This document shows, one piece after another, positions 54,524-63,638 of a stretch of 64,000 bases of DNA (position 1 is the first letter of the stretch; every line of letters begins with the position of its first letter). The translations under genes and the position numbers were made by a program. A model generated the notes under the pieces. That model did no database searches. It was given only the letters and a program-made list of their open reading frames with translations, and was not told the origin of the DNA. Source of the DNA: Solirubrobacteraceae bacterium (lineage in GTDB: Bacteria; Actinomycetota; Thermoleophilia; Solirubrobacterales; Solirubrobacteraceae); assembly GCA_036489875.1 (NCBI GenBank), contig DASXEZ010000160.1, forward strand, positions 17,106 to 81,105. The letters run 5' to 3'.

Positions 54524-55651
54524 TCATTGGGAGCGACCGTCGGATTTCAAGTGCGCGCTCCAGCGTTCCTCGATTCGCCCGAAGCGCCAGATTGCGAGTG
54601 CGATCGCCCAGGTCGCTACGAACAGGCCCACGATCACGAAGCCGAGCGCGTTGATGTCGATGTTTTCGAACCAGTTCCAGAAGGACCCGGACAAGTCGAG
54701 CTGGGACGCGAGAAGGCCACCGAGCTCGACAGTGCCGATAACCAGCGCCACGGCGATGGAGAGGCCGGTGATCGTGAGGTTGTAGAAGACCTTGCGCACG
54801 GGCTTGGACAGAGCCCAGCCGTAGGCGAAGTTCATGAACGACCCGTCGATCGTGTCCATCAGCGTCATGCCCGCAGCGAACAGCACCGGTAGGCACAAAA
54901 CGGCGTACCAAGGCAGCCCGGCAGCGCCGGCGCTGGCGGCGATCACGAGCAGGGCCACCTCCGTGGCGGTATCGAAGCCGAGGCCGAACAGCACGCCCAG
55001 CGGGTACATCTGGTGCGGCGTGGCGACCGCTCGCGTGGCTCGACTGAAAACGCGGGTCATGAGACCACGGCTATTCAGGTGCTGCTCGAGCGCGTGTTCG
55101 TCGTAGGCGCCGGTGCGCATCTCGCGGAAGACCTTGACAATGCTCACGAGGATCACCAGGTTGAGGGCGGCGATGAGATAGAGGAAGGCACCGGACACTC
55201 CGGTGCCGACGACGTCGCCGATCCGGTGCAGTTGCGAGCCGTGGTTCTTGACCGGGTCGTCGACGGCACGCACGCCGACGGAGATCAGGAACGCGAGCGC
55301 GAAGACGATCGTTGAGTGACCGAGGGAGAACCAGAAGCCGACGCTCAGCGGCCGTTTGCCCTCCGCCATCAGCTTGCGTGTGGTGTTGTCGATCGCGGCG
55401 ATGTGATCGGCATCGAACGCGTGCCGCAGCCCGAGCGCGTACGCCGTGACTCCGATCCCCACCGTGAACGTTCCGGCTGTTGCGAGCCGGTAGTGGCCGG
55501 GAGCGACCAGCGCCAACAGCGTGAAGATGCCGACCACGTGCAGACCCACTACGACTGCCGCCATCGCCGCCAAGGTCCGCCGCTGACCGCTGTCCAACGA
55601 TCCCATCACCTCGCGCAGCCGCCGTCGCGTGCCGCCATGGGAGCCGCTCAT
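54524..55651 (-). CDS. NiCoT-family nickel/cobalt transporter (HoxN/NixA-like)
   Basis: The signature LRHAFDADHIAAIDNTTRKL is present and the protein is polytopic. ATG 55651 (MSGSHGG) is preferred over the Arg/Cys-rich extension of ORF 54524..55882. Confidence 0.9.
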   Translation of the reverse strand: MSGSHGGTRRRLREVMGSLDSGQRRTLAAMAAVVVGLHVVGIFTLLALVAPGHYRLATAGTFTVGIGVTAYALGLRHAFDADHIAAIDNTTRKLMAEGKRPLSVGFWFSLGHSTIVFALAFLISVGVRAVDDPVKNHGSQLHRIGDVVGTGVSGAFLYLIAALNLVILVSIVKVFREMRTGAYDEHALEQHLNSRGLMTRVFSRATRAVATPHQMYPLGVLFGLGFDTATEVALLVIAASAGAAGLPWYAVLCLPVLFAAGMTLMDTIDGSFMNFAYGWALSKPVRKVFYNLTITGLSIAVALVIGTVELGGLLASQLDLSGSFWNWFENIDINALGFVIVGLFVATWAIALAIWRFGRIEERWSAHLKSDGRSQ

Positions 55652-55857
55652 CTCCGTCGACCGCCGTCCTCGCCGCTCGCATTCCGTGCTGGCATCGGCC
55701 TTGCAACCTAGCGTTGCGTGAAGGATCGATGCAAGCCTCGCGCACCCGCACCGGCGGCACTGGCGACGCTCTGGGCCCGGCTTGGCGCAACCGACGAGAC
55801 CCGGCGCAGAGGTGCACGGCAGACCGTGTGCCACGATGGTCTCTTGGCGGTCAGGCG

Positions 55858-56742
55858 ATGAAAGTGCGCTTCGCGGTTGCACCGGGCGCCGGCGCGCCGG
55901 AGACCGACCTTGAGACCTTCGCCGACGTGCTCGAGACCAGCGGCTTTGATGGTGTCTGGCTGTCTGACCTTCCGGCCGGGCCGCTGGTCGATCCGCTGAT
56001 TGGACTGGCGCTGATCGCGGGGCGGAGCAGACGTCTTAAGCTCGGGGCGAACCTGGTGCCGTTGGGGCGCAATCCCTTCCTGTTGGCCAAGGCGCTGGCG
56101 CACCTCGACCAGCTGTCACGCGGTCGCCTGCTGCTCAGCTTCGTGACCGGGGTCGGGCAGCCCGACGAGGCGCAGGTCCTGGGCACCGATGGCGCCAACC
56201 GCGGTGTGGTGCTCGAGGAGATCATCGCCCTGCTGCGGTCGTGGTGGGCGGGAGACACAGTCGACCATGAGTCGGCTCGGTGGTCGTTTGCCTCCCTGAT
56301 GGCGCCGGTGCGACCCGTGCAGCAGCCGCTCGAGATTTGGCTGGGCGGGCGAGGCCCCAAGGCGCTCGACCGCGTCGGGAGGATCGCTGACGGCTGGCTC
56401 GGCGCCGCGCTGACGCCGGAGGAGGCCGTCGTCGCTTGCGAGCAGATCAGGGACTCGGCGGTACGCGCGGGGCGCGAGGTCGACCCGGAGCACTTCGGCC
56501 TCAGCATCGCCTATGCCCGCGAAGCGCCCGATCCGCTGCTGCTCGAGACGATGAGGAAGCGCCGCGACGACATCGACCCACTCGAACTGCTCCCGGTCGG
56601 CGCGCCGGCGCTGCGCTTGCTTCTCGAGCGCCACATCGACGCCGGGCTCTCGAAATTCGTCGTGCGCCCGGCCGGGCCCGTTTCCTCCTGGGCCGAGGAG
56701 ATCGATTGGCTGGCTGCCGCGATTCTCGACCTTCAGAGCTGA
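55858..56742 (+). CDS. luciferase-like monooxygenase (LLM class, probably F420-dependent oxidoreductase)
   Basis: ATG 55858 (MKVRFAV). SGFDGVWLSD...LKLGANLVPLGRNPFLLAKALAHLDQLSRGRLLLSFVTG fits the LLM pattern. Confidence 0.85.
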   Translation: MKVRFAVAPGAGAPETDLETFADVLETSGFDGVWLSDLPAGPLVDPLIGLALIAGRSRRLKLGANLVPLGRNPFLLAKALAHLDQLSRGRLLLSFVTGVGQPDEAQVLGTDGANRGVVLEEIIALLRSWWAGDTVDHESARWSFASLMAPVRPVQQPLEIWLGGRGPKALDRVGRIADGWLGAALTPEEAVVACEQIRDSAVRAGREVDPEHFGLSIAYAREAPDPLLLETMRKRRDDIDPLELLPVGAPALRLLLERHIDAGLSKFVVRPAGPVSSWAEEIDWLAAAILDLQS

Positions 56743-57040
56743 GCGTCGCCTGGCTTTGCGTGAGCTGCTCGCGCGGGCCCGGCGGCGCGTTCGCGCCGCG
56801 TGGCGGTGCTCCTCGGGAGTGGCGAGAGCAAACGCAGGCCGGCCCGCCACGGCGAGCGTGAGCTTGCGATGTCGCCGCCGTCGTACATGCGCCGACCCTG
56901 TAACGGCCGCGTTACTTGTTAGGGCGTTGCGCCTCCGGGTTGGCTACCTTGTGAGGACAGGCGCGTCGGGGGAGTTCGCCGCGCCGCCGTAAGCGTGCCG
57001 CGAGCCCGTGGCGCAGACACTGACTGACGAGGAGTCAGCC

Positions 57041-59296
57041 ATGCAGAAGCTCACCCGCTGGTGCATCGATAATCGACGCAAGGTCGTCATCGCGTGGATC
57101 CTGATCGCGGTTGGCTCCAGCGTCGCCGCGCAGGCCGCAGGGCGCAACTACGCGACGAACTTCACGCTGCCGGGCACGCAGTCCCAGCGCGCGCTCGACC
57201 TGCTCGGGAAGGAATTTCCGGCTCAGGGCGGCGACGCCGACATCCTCGTTTTCCACATGGCGACGGGCACGATCGAATCACCGGCGGTCAAGACCGCGAT
57301 GACCAAGGCGATCAAGGGTGTGGGCACGTTCCCGCACGTGGTGCCAAACGGCGTGATCAGCCCTTACGGCCCGCACGGTGCCGTCGAGATATCGCGCGAT
57401 CATAAGACGGCCTTCGCGACGATCAACTACGACAAGCGCGCGAACCTGTTGCCCAACGACACCGGCGCTCCGGTGCTCGCGCTCGTCAAGTCGATCCACG
57501 TGCCAGGTCTTTCGGTTGCCGCCGGCGGCCAGGTGATCGAGCAGGCGGAGGGCTTCAGCATCGGGCCGGCAACGACTGTCGGCGTGATCGCCGCGTTGGT
57601 GATCCTGCTGATCACCTTTGGCTCGATGATGGCCGCCGGCATGCCGCTGGTCACCGCCGGCTTCGGCCTGATCACCGGGGTGGCGCTGATCGGTCTCGCC
57701 ACGCACATCACGAGCATGTCGAACGTCGCGCCGGAGCTCGCGCTGATGATCGGACTGGGCGTGGGCATCGACTACGCACTCTTCATAGTCACGCGCTTCC
57801 GAGAGAACTACGTCATCACGGGCGACGTCGAGCGCTCTGTGATGGAGGCGATGGACACCTCCGGCCGCGCGATCCTGCTCGCCGGAACGACGGTCGTGAT
57901 TGCCCTGCTGGGCATGTTCGCGACCGGCGTCAGCTTCATGTACGGGCTCGCGATCGCCTCGGTGCTCGCTGTCATCCTCACCCTGGCGGCATCGCTGACG
58001 GTGCTTCCCGCAATCCTGTCGCGCTTTGGCGCGCGTATCGTCAAGCCTCGCCGACGTCGTCGCGGCGCCCGCGCGAGCGCCAACGGGCATGGAGCAGCAG
58101 CAGAGGTTCCGGCGATCGCCGAGCTGCATCCCTCCCGCTGGCGCCAGTGGAGCCAGATGGTGCAGGCCCGGCCGTGGCCCCTGGCGATTGTCTCACTGGT
58201 CGTGATGGTGGTCCTGCTCTCGCCCGTGTTCGGCCTGCGTCTGGATACCAGCGACGCCGGCAACGACCCGGCGAACCTGAGCTCGCGGCATGCCTTCGAC
58301 CTGCTCGCCCAGGGCTTTGGCCCCGGCTTCAACGGCCCGCTGCTGCTCGTCGCCGAACTCCCTCACCGCGACGACAACGCCGCGATGGCGTCGATCGCTG
58401 CCGCCGTGCGCGAGACCAAGGACGTCGCGGCGGTCACGCAGCCGCGGCTGTCGCCGTCGGGCAACGTGGCCGTGATCGAGGCCTATCCGGCGTCCGCGCC
58501 GCAGGATTCGGCGACCACCGATCTCGTCAACCAGCTGCGCAACAGCGTGCTGCCCCCGCTTGAACGGCAGACCTCTACGCCCGTGCTCGTGGGTGGCTTC
58601 ACCGCGGGCTCGATCGACTTCTCGAACGTGCTCTCGGGCAAGCTCCCGCTCTTCATAGCGATCGTCGTGATCCTCTCGGCGCTGCTGCTGCTCGTCGTGT
58701 TCCGCTCGATCGTGATCGCGATCCAGGCGGCGGCGATGAATCTGCTGAGCATCGGCGGCGCGCTCGGCGTCACCGTCGCGGTGTTCCAGTGGGGCTGGCT
58801 CGGGGGCCTTCTGGGAGTCGAGAAGGGGCCGATCGAGCCGTGGATACCTGTGCTGATGTTTGCCGTCGTGTTCGGGCTCTCGATGGACTATGAGGTCTTC
58901 CTCGTCTCGCGCGTGCGCGAGGAGTGGGTGCTGCGGCGGGACGCCTCGGTCGCGGTCGCGGACGGCATCGCCTTCACCGGGCGGGTGATCAGCGCGGCGG
59001 CGGCGATCATGGTCTGCGTGTTCCTCTCGTTCATGCTCGGCAACGAGCGCACGATCAAGGAGTTCGGTTTCGGCCTTGCGGCGGCCGTCTTCCTCGACGC
59101 GTTGGTCGTGCGCTGCGTGATGTTGCCGGCGGTGCTCGAGCTGCTCGGGTCGTTCACCTGGAAGCTGCCGCCGTGGCTGGATGCGCGCCTGCCGCACATC
59201 AACATCGAGGGGCACAGCGCTCGCGGGGCGCTCGCGGGCGGAGTGAGCTCCGTTGCGTCAGAGCCCGAGCCCGAGCTCGAGCCGACGCCAAGCTGA
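57041..59296 (+). CDS. MMPL-family (RND superfamily) membrane transporter
   Basis: gacgaggag precedes ATG 57041. Two blocks of ~6 TM helices with two large loops, and typical MMPL segments (GIDYALFIVTRFRE, GLSMDYEVFLVSRVREE). Confidence 0.9.
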   Translation: MQKLTRWCIDNRRKVVIAWILIAVGSSVAAQAAGRNYATNFTLPGTQSQRALDLLGKEFPAQGGDADILVFHMATGTIESPAVKTAMTKAIKGVGTFPHVVPNGVISPYGPHGAVEISRDHKTAFATINYDKRANLLPNDTGAPVLALVKSIHVPGLSVAAGGQVIEQAEGFSIGPATTVGVIAALVILLITFGSMMAAGMPLVTAGFGLITGVALIGLATHITSMSNVAPELALMIGLGVGIDYALFIVTRFRENYVITGDVERSVMEAMDTSGRAILLAGTTVVIALLGMFATGVSFMYGLAIASVLAVILTLAASLTVLPAILSRFGARIVKPRRRRRGARASANGHGAAAEVPAIAELHPSRWRQWSQMVQARPWPLAIVSLVVMVVLLSPVFGLRLDTSDAGNDPANLSSRHAFDLLAQGFGPGFNGPLLLVAELPHRDDNAAMASIAAAVRETKDVAAVTQPRLSPSGNVAVIEAYPASAPQDSATTDLVNQLRNSVLPPLERQTSTPVLVGGFTAGSIDFSNVLSGKLPLFIAIVVILSALLLLVVFRSIVIAIQAAAMNLLSIGGALGVTVAVFQWGWLGGLLGVEKGPIEPWIPVLMFAVVFGLSMDYEVFLVSRVREEWVLRRDASVAVADGIAFTGRVISAAAAIMVCVFLSFMLGNERTIKEFGFGLAAAVFLDALVVRCVMLPAVLELLGSFTWKLPPWLDARLPHINIEGHSARGALAGGVSSVASEPEPELEPTPS

Positions 59297-59306
59297 ATCG
59301 AAGGTC

Positions 59307-59335
59307 GGCGGGCGCGCCTTCCCGGCTCGCCCGCC
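59307..59335 (+). terminator. hairpin after the MMPL gene
   Basis: ggcgggcg (59307-59314) and cgcccgcc (59328-59335) form an 8-bp GC stem with a 13-nt loop, 11 nt after the stop. Confidence 0.3.
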
Positions 59336-59425
59336 GCACGCTTCGAGCACCGTCGGGAACCGGATCGGCCGCTGCGGGAATGAATGGGTTGCAGGCTCAG
59401 GTCCACCACTCCGAGAGGTTTCCCG

Positions 59426-59830
59426 ATGTCCCGTTCGCTTATCGCCGCCGCCACGACCATTGCCCTTGCCGCGGCGCTTGCCGCCGTCGCCTCGGCCGCC
59501 GCTCCCGTCCCCAAGCTGCTCAGCTGTAGCGGCAAGCCGCTCCTGCGCCCGGCAGCGACCGTGGTGCTCTCGTGCGCTGACGGCAACAGCGAGCTCAAAG
59601 CGACACACTGGCGCTCGTGGGGAGCGAGCGCGGCCGTTGGCAGCACCGACTTCGGCGTCAACCTGTGCACGCCGACCTGTGTGGCTTCGCGGATGCGCTT
59701 CTTCCCGGCAAGCAGCGTCCGGCTGAGCGATCCCAAGCGTACGAGCAAGGGACTCCTCTTCACCAAGGCCGTGATCACCTACGCCTTCAACGGCTCCAAG
59801 CGGACCTTCACCGCCTACCCGGCGACCTAG
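59426..59830 (+). CDS. secreted hypothetical protein (134 aa, 4 Cys)
   Basis: ATG 59426 gives MSRSLIAAATTIALAAALAAVASAAAP as signal peptide. The mature part carries CSGK...SCADG...LCTPTC. No known domain. Confidence 0.55.
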   Translation: MSRSLIAAATTIALAAALAAVASAAAPVPKLLSCSGKPLLRPAATVVLSCADGNSELKATHWRSWGASAAVGSTDFGVNLCTPTCVASRMRFFPASSVRLSDPKRTSKGLLFTKAVITYAFNGSKRTFTAYPAT

Positions 59831-59924
59831 GAGCAGGCGACAGCGCGACGATGACTTCGGCAGCGGTCGGTCGATGCCCCTGCTCGAGCGCCCCCCAGGG
59901 CACATATCCGCAGGCGAGGAGCGT

Positions 59925-60518
59925 GTGAGCGCCTCGCCGCAGCGCGGCCGCGCCGCGGGTGACGACGCCAGCGTGATCGCGCGCTCGGTGGCCGAGCCGC
60001 AGGCGTTCGCTGTGATCTTCGAGCGCCACTTCGACGAGATCCACCGCTACCTGCGCCGCCGGCACCCGCAGGAGGCCGACGAGCTCGCCGCCGAGGTCTT
60101 CACCGCGGCGTTTGACGGCCGCGACCGCTACCGCGCCGTCGGGGACTCGGCGCGCCCATGGCTCTATGGAATCGCCTCCAACCTGCTGGCGAAGCGGCGA
60201 CGTGGCGAGCAGCGGGCACTGCGCGCGCACGCTCGCGCAGGCGGCAGGCGGGAGCAACCCGCGGATGAGTACGAGGCGGCGCGCGAGCGCGCCGACGCCG
60301 AGCGGCTCTCGGCCGCCGTCGCGAATGCGCTGAGCGGTCTGCGCGCCCCCGAGCGCGACACGCTGCTGCTCTACGCACTCAGCGATCTGAGCTACGAGGA
60401 GGTCGCCTTTGCTCTCGAGGTGCCGATCGGCACGGTGCGCTCGCGCCTTGCTCGCGCTCGCGCCCGCGCGAGCCGGGACCTCGTGGGTCTGATCGAGGAG
60501 GAGCCCAGTGATGTCTGA
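59925..60518 (+). CDS. ECF-type RNA polymerase sigma-70 family factor
   Basis: Region 2 (FERHFDEIHRYLRRR...ADELAAEVF...PWLYGIASNLL) and region 4 (LSYEEVAFALEVPIGTVRSRLARAR). GTG 59925 after gaggag is proposed as start (ORF opens at 59874). Confidence 0.85.
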   Translation: MSASPQRGRAAGDDASVIARSVAEPQAFAVIFERHFDEIHRYLRRRHPQEADELAAEVFTAAFDGRDRYRAVGDSARPWLYGIASNLLAKRRRGEQRALRAHARAGGRREQPADEYEAARERADAERLSAAVANALSGLRAPERDTLLLYALSDLSYEEVAFALEVPIGTVRSRLARARARASRDLVGLIEEEPSDV

Positions 60519-61293
60519 CGACCCGACCCGCTCACCGTTCTCTGCCCTACGCGCGTCTGTAGCCGAAAACGACGGCGCCGCTCGTGAGCGCGCCCGCGCG
60601 CTGCTGGACGAGCGCATCGCCTCGGAGGTTGTAGCAGGCGCGCCCGTTATCCCGCGTCGCGCGCGCCTGCGCCGCGAGCTGCGTCGCGGGCACTGGATTG
60701 CGTCGGTCGCCGCGGCGGTGCTGGTCGCCGGCGGCGGAGGAGCGCTTGCAGCGATCCTGCTGCAGACGGAGCACACGGGCCACCTGCCGGTGTTCACGCC
60801 GCAGGGGACGCTCTCCGCGCGTTTCCATGTGGGCAGCCGCGCGCGCGGCTACTGCTGGACTTCATCGCTTGCCGCCGACGCCGCCGACGCCTACCGGTGC
60901 ATGGCGGGCAACGCGATCAACGACCCTTGCTTTGCGGCGAGCGCACATGCGCGCACCGTCGCCTGCTTCATCGACCCCTGGCACGCGGTCACCTTGCTCA
61001 CCCTCTCGCGTCCGCTGCCGCGACACGGGCCGCCGGTGCGCGACGCTCTGCCGTGGGCGATCGAAACCAGCAACGGGCACCGATGCGTGTTCCTGACCGG
61101 CGCGACCGCGCCCATGGGTGGGGAGCGGATCAACTATGGCTGCGTGGGCGGCTCCTACCTGATCGGTTCACCCGATCGCCGTGCCCCGCTGTGGACGATT
61201 CGCAGCGCCGCCCGCTACATCCCCGATCGCCCTGGGCACCCCACGCCGATCGGTCACTTCCCGCTGGTCGCGATCAAGCTGACCGTACCCTGA
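60508..61293 (+). CDS. putative anti-sigma factor / membrane protein with Cys-containing extracytoplasmic domain
   Basis: Overlaps the sigma gene stop. One TM helix (IASVAAAVLVAGGGGALAAILL) separates a ~70-aa cytoplasmic N-terminus from a ~170-aa outer domain with 7 Cys. The role is inferred from position. Confidence 0.55.
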   Translation: MMSDDPTRSPFSALRASVAENDGAARERARALLDERIASEVVAGAPVIPRRARLRRELRRGHWIASVAAAVLVAGGGGALAAILLQTEHTGHLPVFTPQGTLSARFHVGSRARGYCWTSSLAADAADAYRCMAGNAINDPCFAASAHARTVACFIDPWHAVTLLTLSRPLPRHGPPVRDALPWAIETSNGHRCVFLTGATAPMGGERINYGCVGGSYLIGSPDRRAPLWTIRSAARYIPDRPGHPTPIGHFPLVAIKLTVP

Positions 61294-61347
61294 GCGGCGG
61301 CGCGGCCAGCCATCCAGCCACATAGCTGCGGCGAGGCCCCCGGGGAT

Positions 61348-61674
61348 TCAGGCCCCGGCGAGAGCGCGCAGCCTCTTGCGAGCCGCGCGGTTGCGCGAGA
61401 GCCAGATCGGCGTCCAGATCAAGCCGAACGGAAGCCCCCACCAGCCGAGCGCCAGGTTGTGGCGCAGCGTGGAGCGGTAGGTGCTCTCGAGCTCATCGAG
61501 CGTCCCGTTGTGGACCTTGGCCTTGCGCTGGGTGAGGAGCAGCCAGCTGGTGACCGTTCCGAGCATGAGCTGGTAGCCGCCGGTCTGCGCGACCGTCTCG
61601 CCCATCGGCGCGGGCTTCGGCTGCGCGAGCGTCGCGGTCGCGGCGGTCGGATCGTCCTGCCAGGTGAATGACAT
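61348..61674 (-). CDS. hypothetical small membrane-associated protein (108 aa)
   Basis: Intact ORF with strongly G/C-biased third positions and hydrophobic segments (LMLGTVTSWLLL, LALGWWGLPFGLIWTPIWL). Confidence 0.5.
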   Translation of the reverse strand: MSFTWQDDPTAATATLAQPKPAPMGETVAQTGGYQLMLGTVTSWLLLTQRKAKVHNGTLDELESTYRSTLRHNLALGWWGLPFGLIWTPIWLSRNRAARKRLRALAGA

Positions 61675-61843
61675 CTTCGCTCCTGTGGTTGCCGTTGCGA
61701 TCCGGCCGAGCGCGCACGCGGCGCCCCGGCCCCCCGACTGCCGGACATTTCAATATCGGCCCCTGGGGCCCGAGGGTTGAGTCCGCCGCGGCCGGAGGCA
61801 ACCGCGGAACCGCCAGCCACGATGCGCAGCGCGTCGCCCGCGC

Positions 61844-62602
61844 TCAGATGAACTGGCGCCCGCCGTCGACCACGAGTGTCTGGCCGGTCACCATCGCGCT
61901 CCCCGCCGAGGCCAGGAACACCGCGGCGCCGACGATGTCCTCCGGCACGATCGCGCGCTTGATCGCGCCGCGCTCGACACCGTAGGTCTCGGCATCCGCG
62001 ATCTGCTCGCGGCTGGCGTCGGTCAATGTGAAGCCGGGGGCGATGGCGTTGACACGGATCCCGTCGCCGCCCAGCTCGCGCGCCATCGCCCGTGTCATGG
62101 CGATCAGCGCGCCCTTGGAGGAGACGTAGTGCGCCAACATCGGCGAGCCGCTGAGGACCGTGGCCGAGGCGATGTTGACAATCGAGCCGCCGCCGCGCGC
62201 TCGCATCGATCCCACGCACTCGCGCGCGCAAAGCCAAGGGCCGCGAACGTTTACGGCCATCACCCGGTCCCACTCCTCGAGCGGGATCTCCTCGAAGCCG
62301 CGGCGCTTGAGCCCCGCGTACACCGCTGCGTTGTTCACAAGCACGTCGATGCCGCCGAAGGCATCTCGGGCCGCGGCCGCGATCGCCCCTGCCCCTTCGG
62401 AGGTTGCGACGTCGCCGCTCGCCGCGACGACACTGCCGCCGCTATCGCCGATGCTTGCCGCGGTGGCAGCGGCAGCTCCCGCGTCGATGTCGGCGGCGCA
62501 GACGTCGGCCCCGGCGGCGGCGAAGGCGAGCGCGAATGCGCGGCCGATACCGCCACCGGCGCCGGTGATGAGCGCCGAGCGGCCCGCGAGCGCGTCGCTC
62601 AC
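61844..62602 (-). CDS. SDR-family oxidoreductase (FabG-like)
   Basis: GTG 62602 overlaps the upstream stop (GTGA). ITGAGGGIGRA, NNAAV and YVSSKGA motifs are present. Confidence 0.9.
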   Translation of the reverse strand: MSDALAGRSALITGAGGGIGRAFALAFAAAGADVCAADIDAGAAAATAASIGDSGGSVVAASGDVATSEGAGAIAAAARDAFGGIDVLVNNAAVYAGLKRRGFEEIPLEEWDRVMAVNVRGPWLCARECVGSMRARGGGSIVNIASATVLSGSPMLAHYVSSKGALIAMTRAMARELGGDGIRVNAIAPGFTLTDASREQIADAETYGVERGAIKRAIVPEDIVGAAVFLASAGSAMVTGQTLVVDGGRQFI

Positions 62603-63201
62603 GAGGCCGGCGCCCGCGCTAACAGTTCGGTGCGCAGAACCGCGCGTGTGTGGGCCATGTCGCCGCGACCCATCGCTCTTGACTCGGCCAGGAAGAGCCC
62701 CTCGATCTGAGGCTCGATGAAGTCCGCGTAGGCGCCGGGGCTGAGGTCGAGCCAGTCGCAGCCCACGCTGATTCCGGCGACGCAGTAGCGCCACAGCTTG
62801 TCGGAGTCCTTGACGAGCTCGTCGTTGCGCGACAGCGCGTGCGCGCGCGTGTCGTGCCCGGCGATGATCTCGACAACCTCGTCGCGCAGCGCTGCCGGCT
62901 CGCCGAGGGAGTCGAGGATCTCCCCAGCTAGGCGCGCGCCTTCGCGTTCGTGGGCTATGCGCACCCCGGAGGTCATCATGTTCGGCCCGAAGCCCTCGGT
63001 GAAAATCGCCTCCTGATCCACCACGGCCCAGCCGATGTCATGCAACATGATGCCGAGGAGCACGACGTCACGATCGGCTTCGGGATGGCTTTCGAGCAGG
63101 CGCGTGGCGTAGTCGAAGCTGAGGGGGATGTGAACGTCGTTCTTGCGCGCCCGCATATAGGGGCGCGCGGCATCCCAGGCGGCGTCGTAGCGCTCGCTCA
63201 T
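62599..63201 (-). CDS. HD-domain metal-dependent phosphohydrolase
   Basis: LLGIMLHDIGW (H...HD) is present along with later His/Asp residues. Full ORF. Confidence 0.85.
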   Translation of the reverse strand: MSERYDAAWDAARPYMRARKNDVHIPLSFDYATRLLESHPEADRDVVLLGIMLHDIGWAVVDQEAIFTEGFGPNMMTSGVRIAHEREGARLAGEILDSLGEPAALRDEVVEIIAGHDTRAHALSRNDELVKDSDKLWRYCVAGISVGCDWLDLSPGAYADFIEPQIEGLFLAESRAMGRGDMAHTRAVLRTELLARAPAS

Positions 63202-63331
63202 TGGCGCTCCGGCAGCTCGGCGAAGGAGTCGAGCGCCGCAGCGGCGATCCCCACCGCGCGAACCGGCGTAGACGCCTCAGCCCGCATTGGCCAAGCCTAC
63301 CTCGGCTCCTCGCTTAGGGCCACCGGCGGCG

Positions 63332-63610
63332 CTACTGCGCGTCGATCCAGGCCAGGATCGCCCGCGACGGCGTCAGCACGCGGCCGTCGGCGAGCTTCAG
63401 GGCGGGCAGCTTCGTCTGCCCGGTATCGGCACGCAGCTGCTCGCGAGATCCCTTACGCAGGAACGGGATCGGGCTACCGTGGGCGGCGAGCACCCTGTCG
63501 TAGGCGATCCCCTTGACGCGCAAAGCCTCCTGCGCGCGACGGCACGGGTGGAATGGCGGACCGCCGTCATCGCCGTGGCAGACAAACAGGGTGGGGGCGC
63601 TCTCGGACAC
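63332..63610 (-). CDS. thioredoxin-fold protein (glutaredoxin / GST N-terminal-like)
   Basis: A 92-aa ORF. LFVCHG...HPCRRAQEALRVKGIAYDRV...KLPALKLADGRVL fits a GST_N/Grx-like topology. Confidence 0.65.
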   Translation of the reverse strand: MSESAPTLFVCHGDDGGPPFHPCRRAQEALRVKGIAYDRVLAAHGSPIPFLRKGSREQLRADTGQTKLPALKLADGRVLTPSRAILAWIDAQ

Positions 63611-63638
63611 TCTCTCTCCCGGGTCGGTGATGGCCTGG

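Noticed and set aside
55652-55882. 77-codon N-terminal extension of the NiCoT ORF, and the idea of a cobalamin or NiCo riboswitch in the 206-bp NiCoT/LLM divergent region
   Set aside because: The extension is Arg/Cys/Pro-rich and non-membrane. I could not find the B12-box or the conserved NiCo (czcD-motif) helices by eye, only a short imperfect inverted repeat (about 55812-55834). A covariance-model scan (Rfam cmsearch) would be the decisive test.
26727-59215. Further shadow ORFs (26727-27953, 28564-29421, 31359-32840, 33218-34351, 35405-36460, 44462-45589, 48783-49727, 53249-54070, 58193-59215)
   Set aside because: Each overlaps a confidently assigned gene on the other strand and has junk-like composition.
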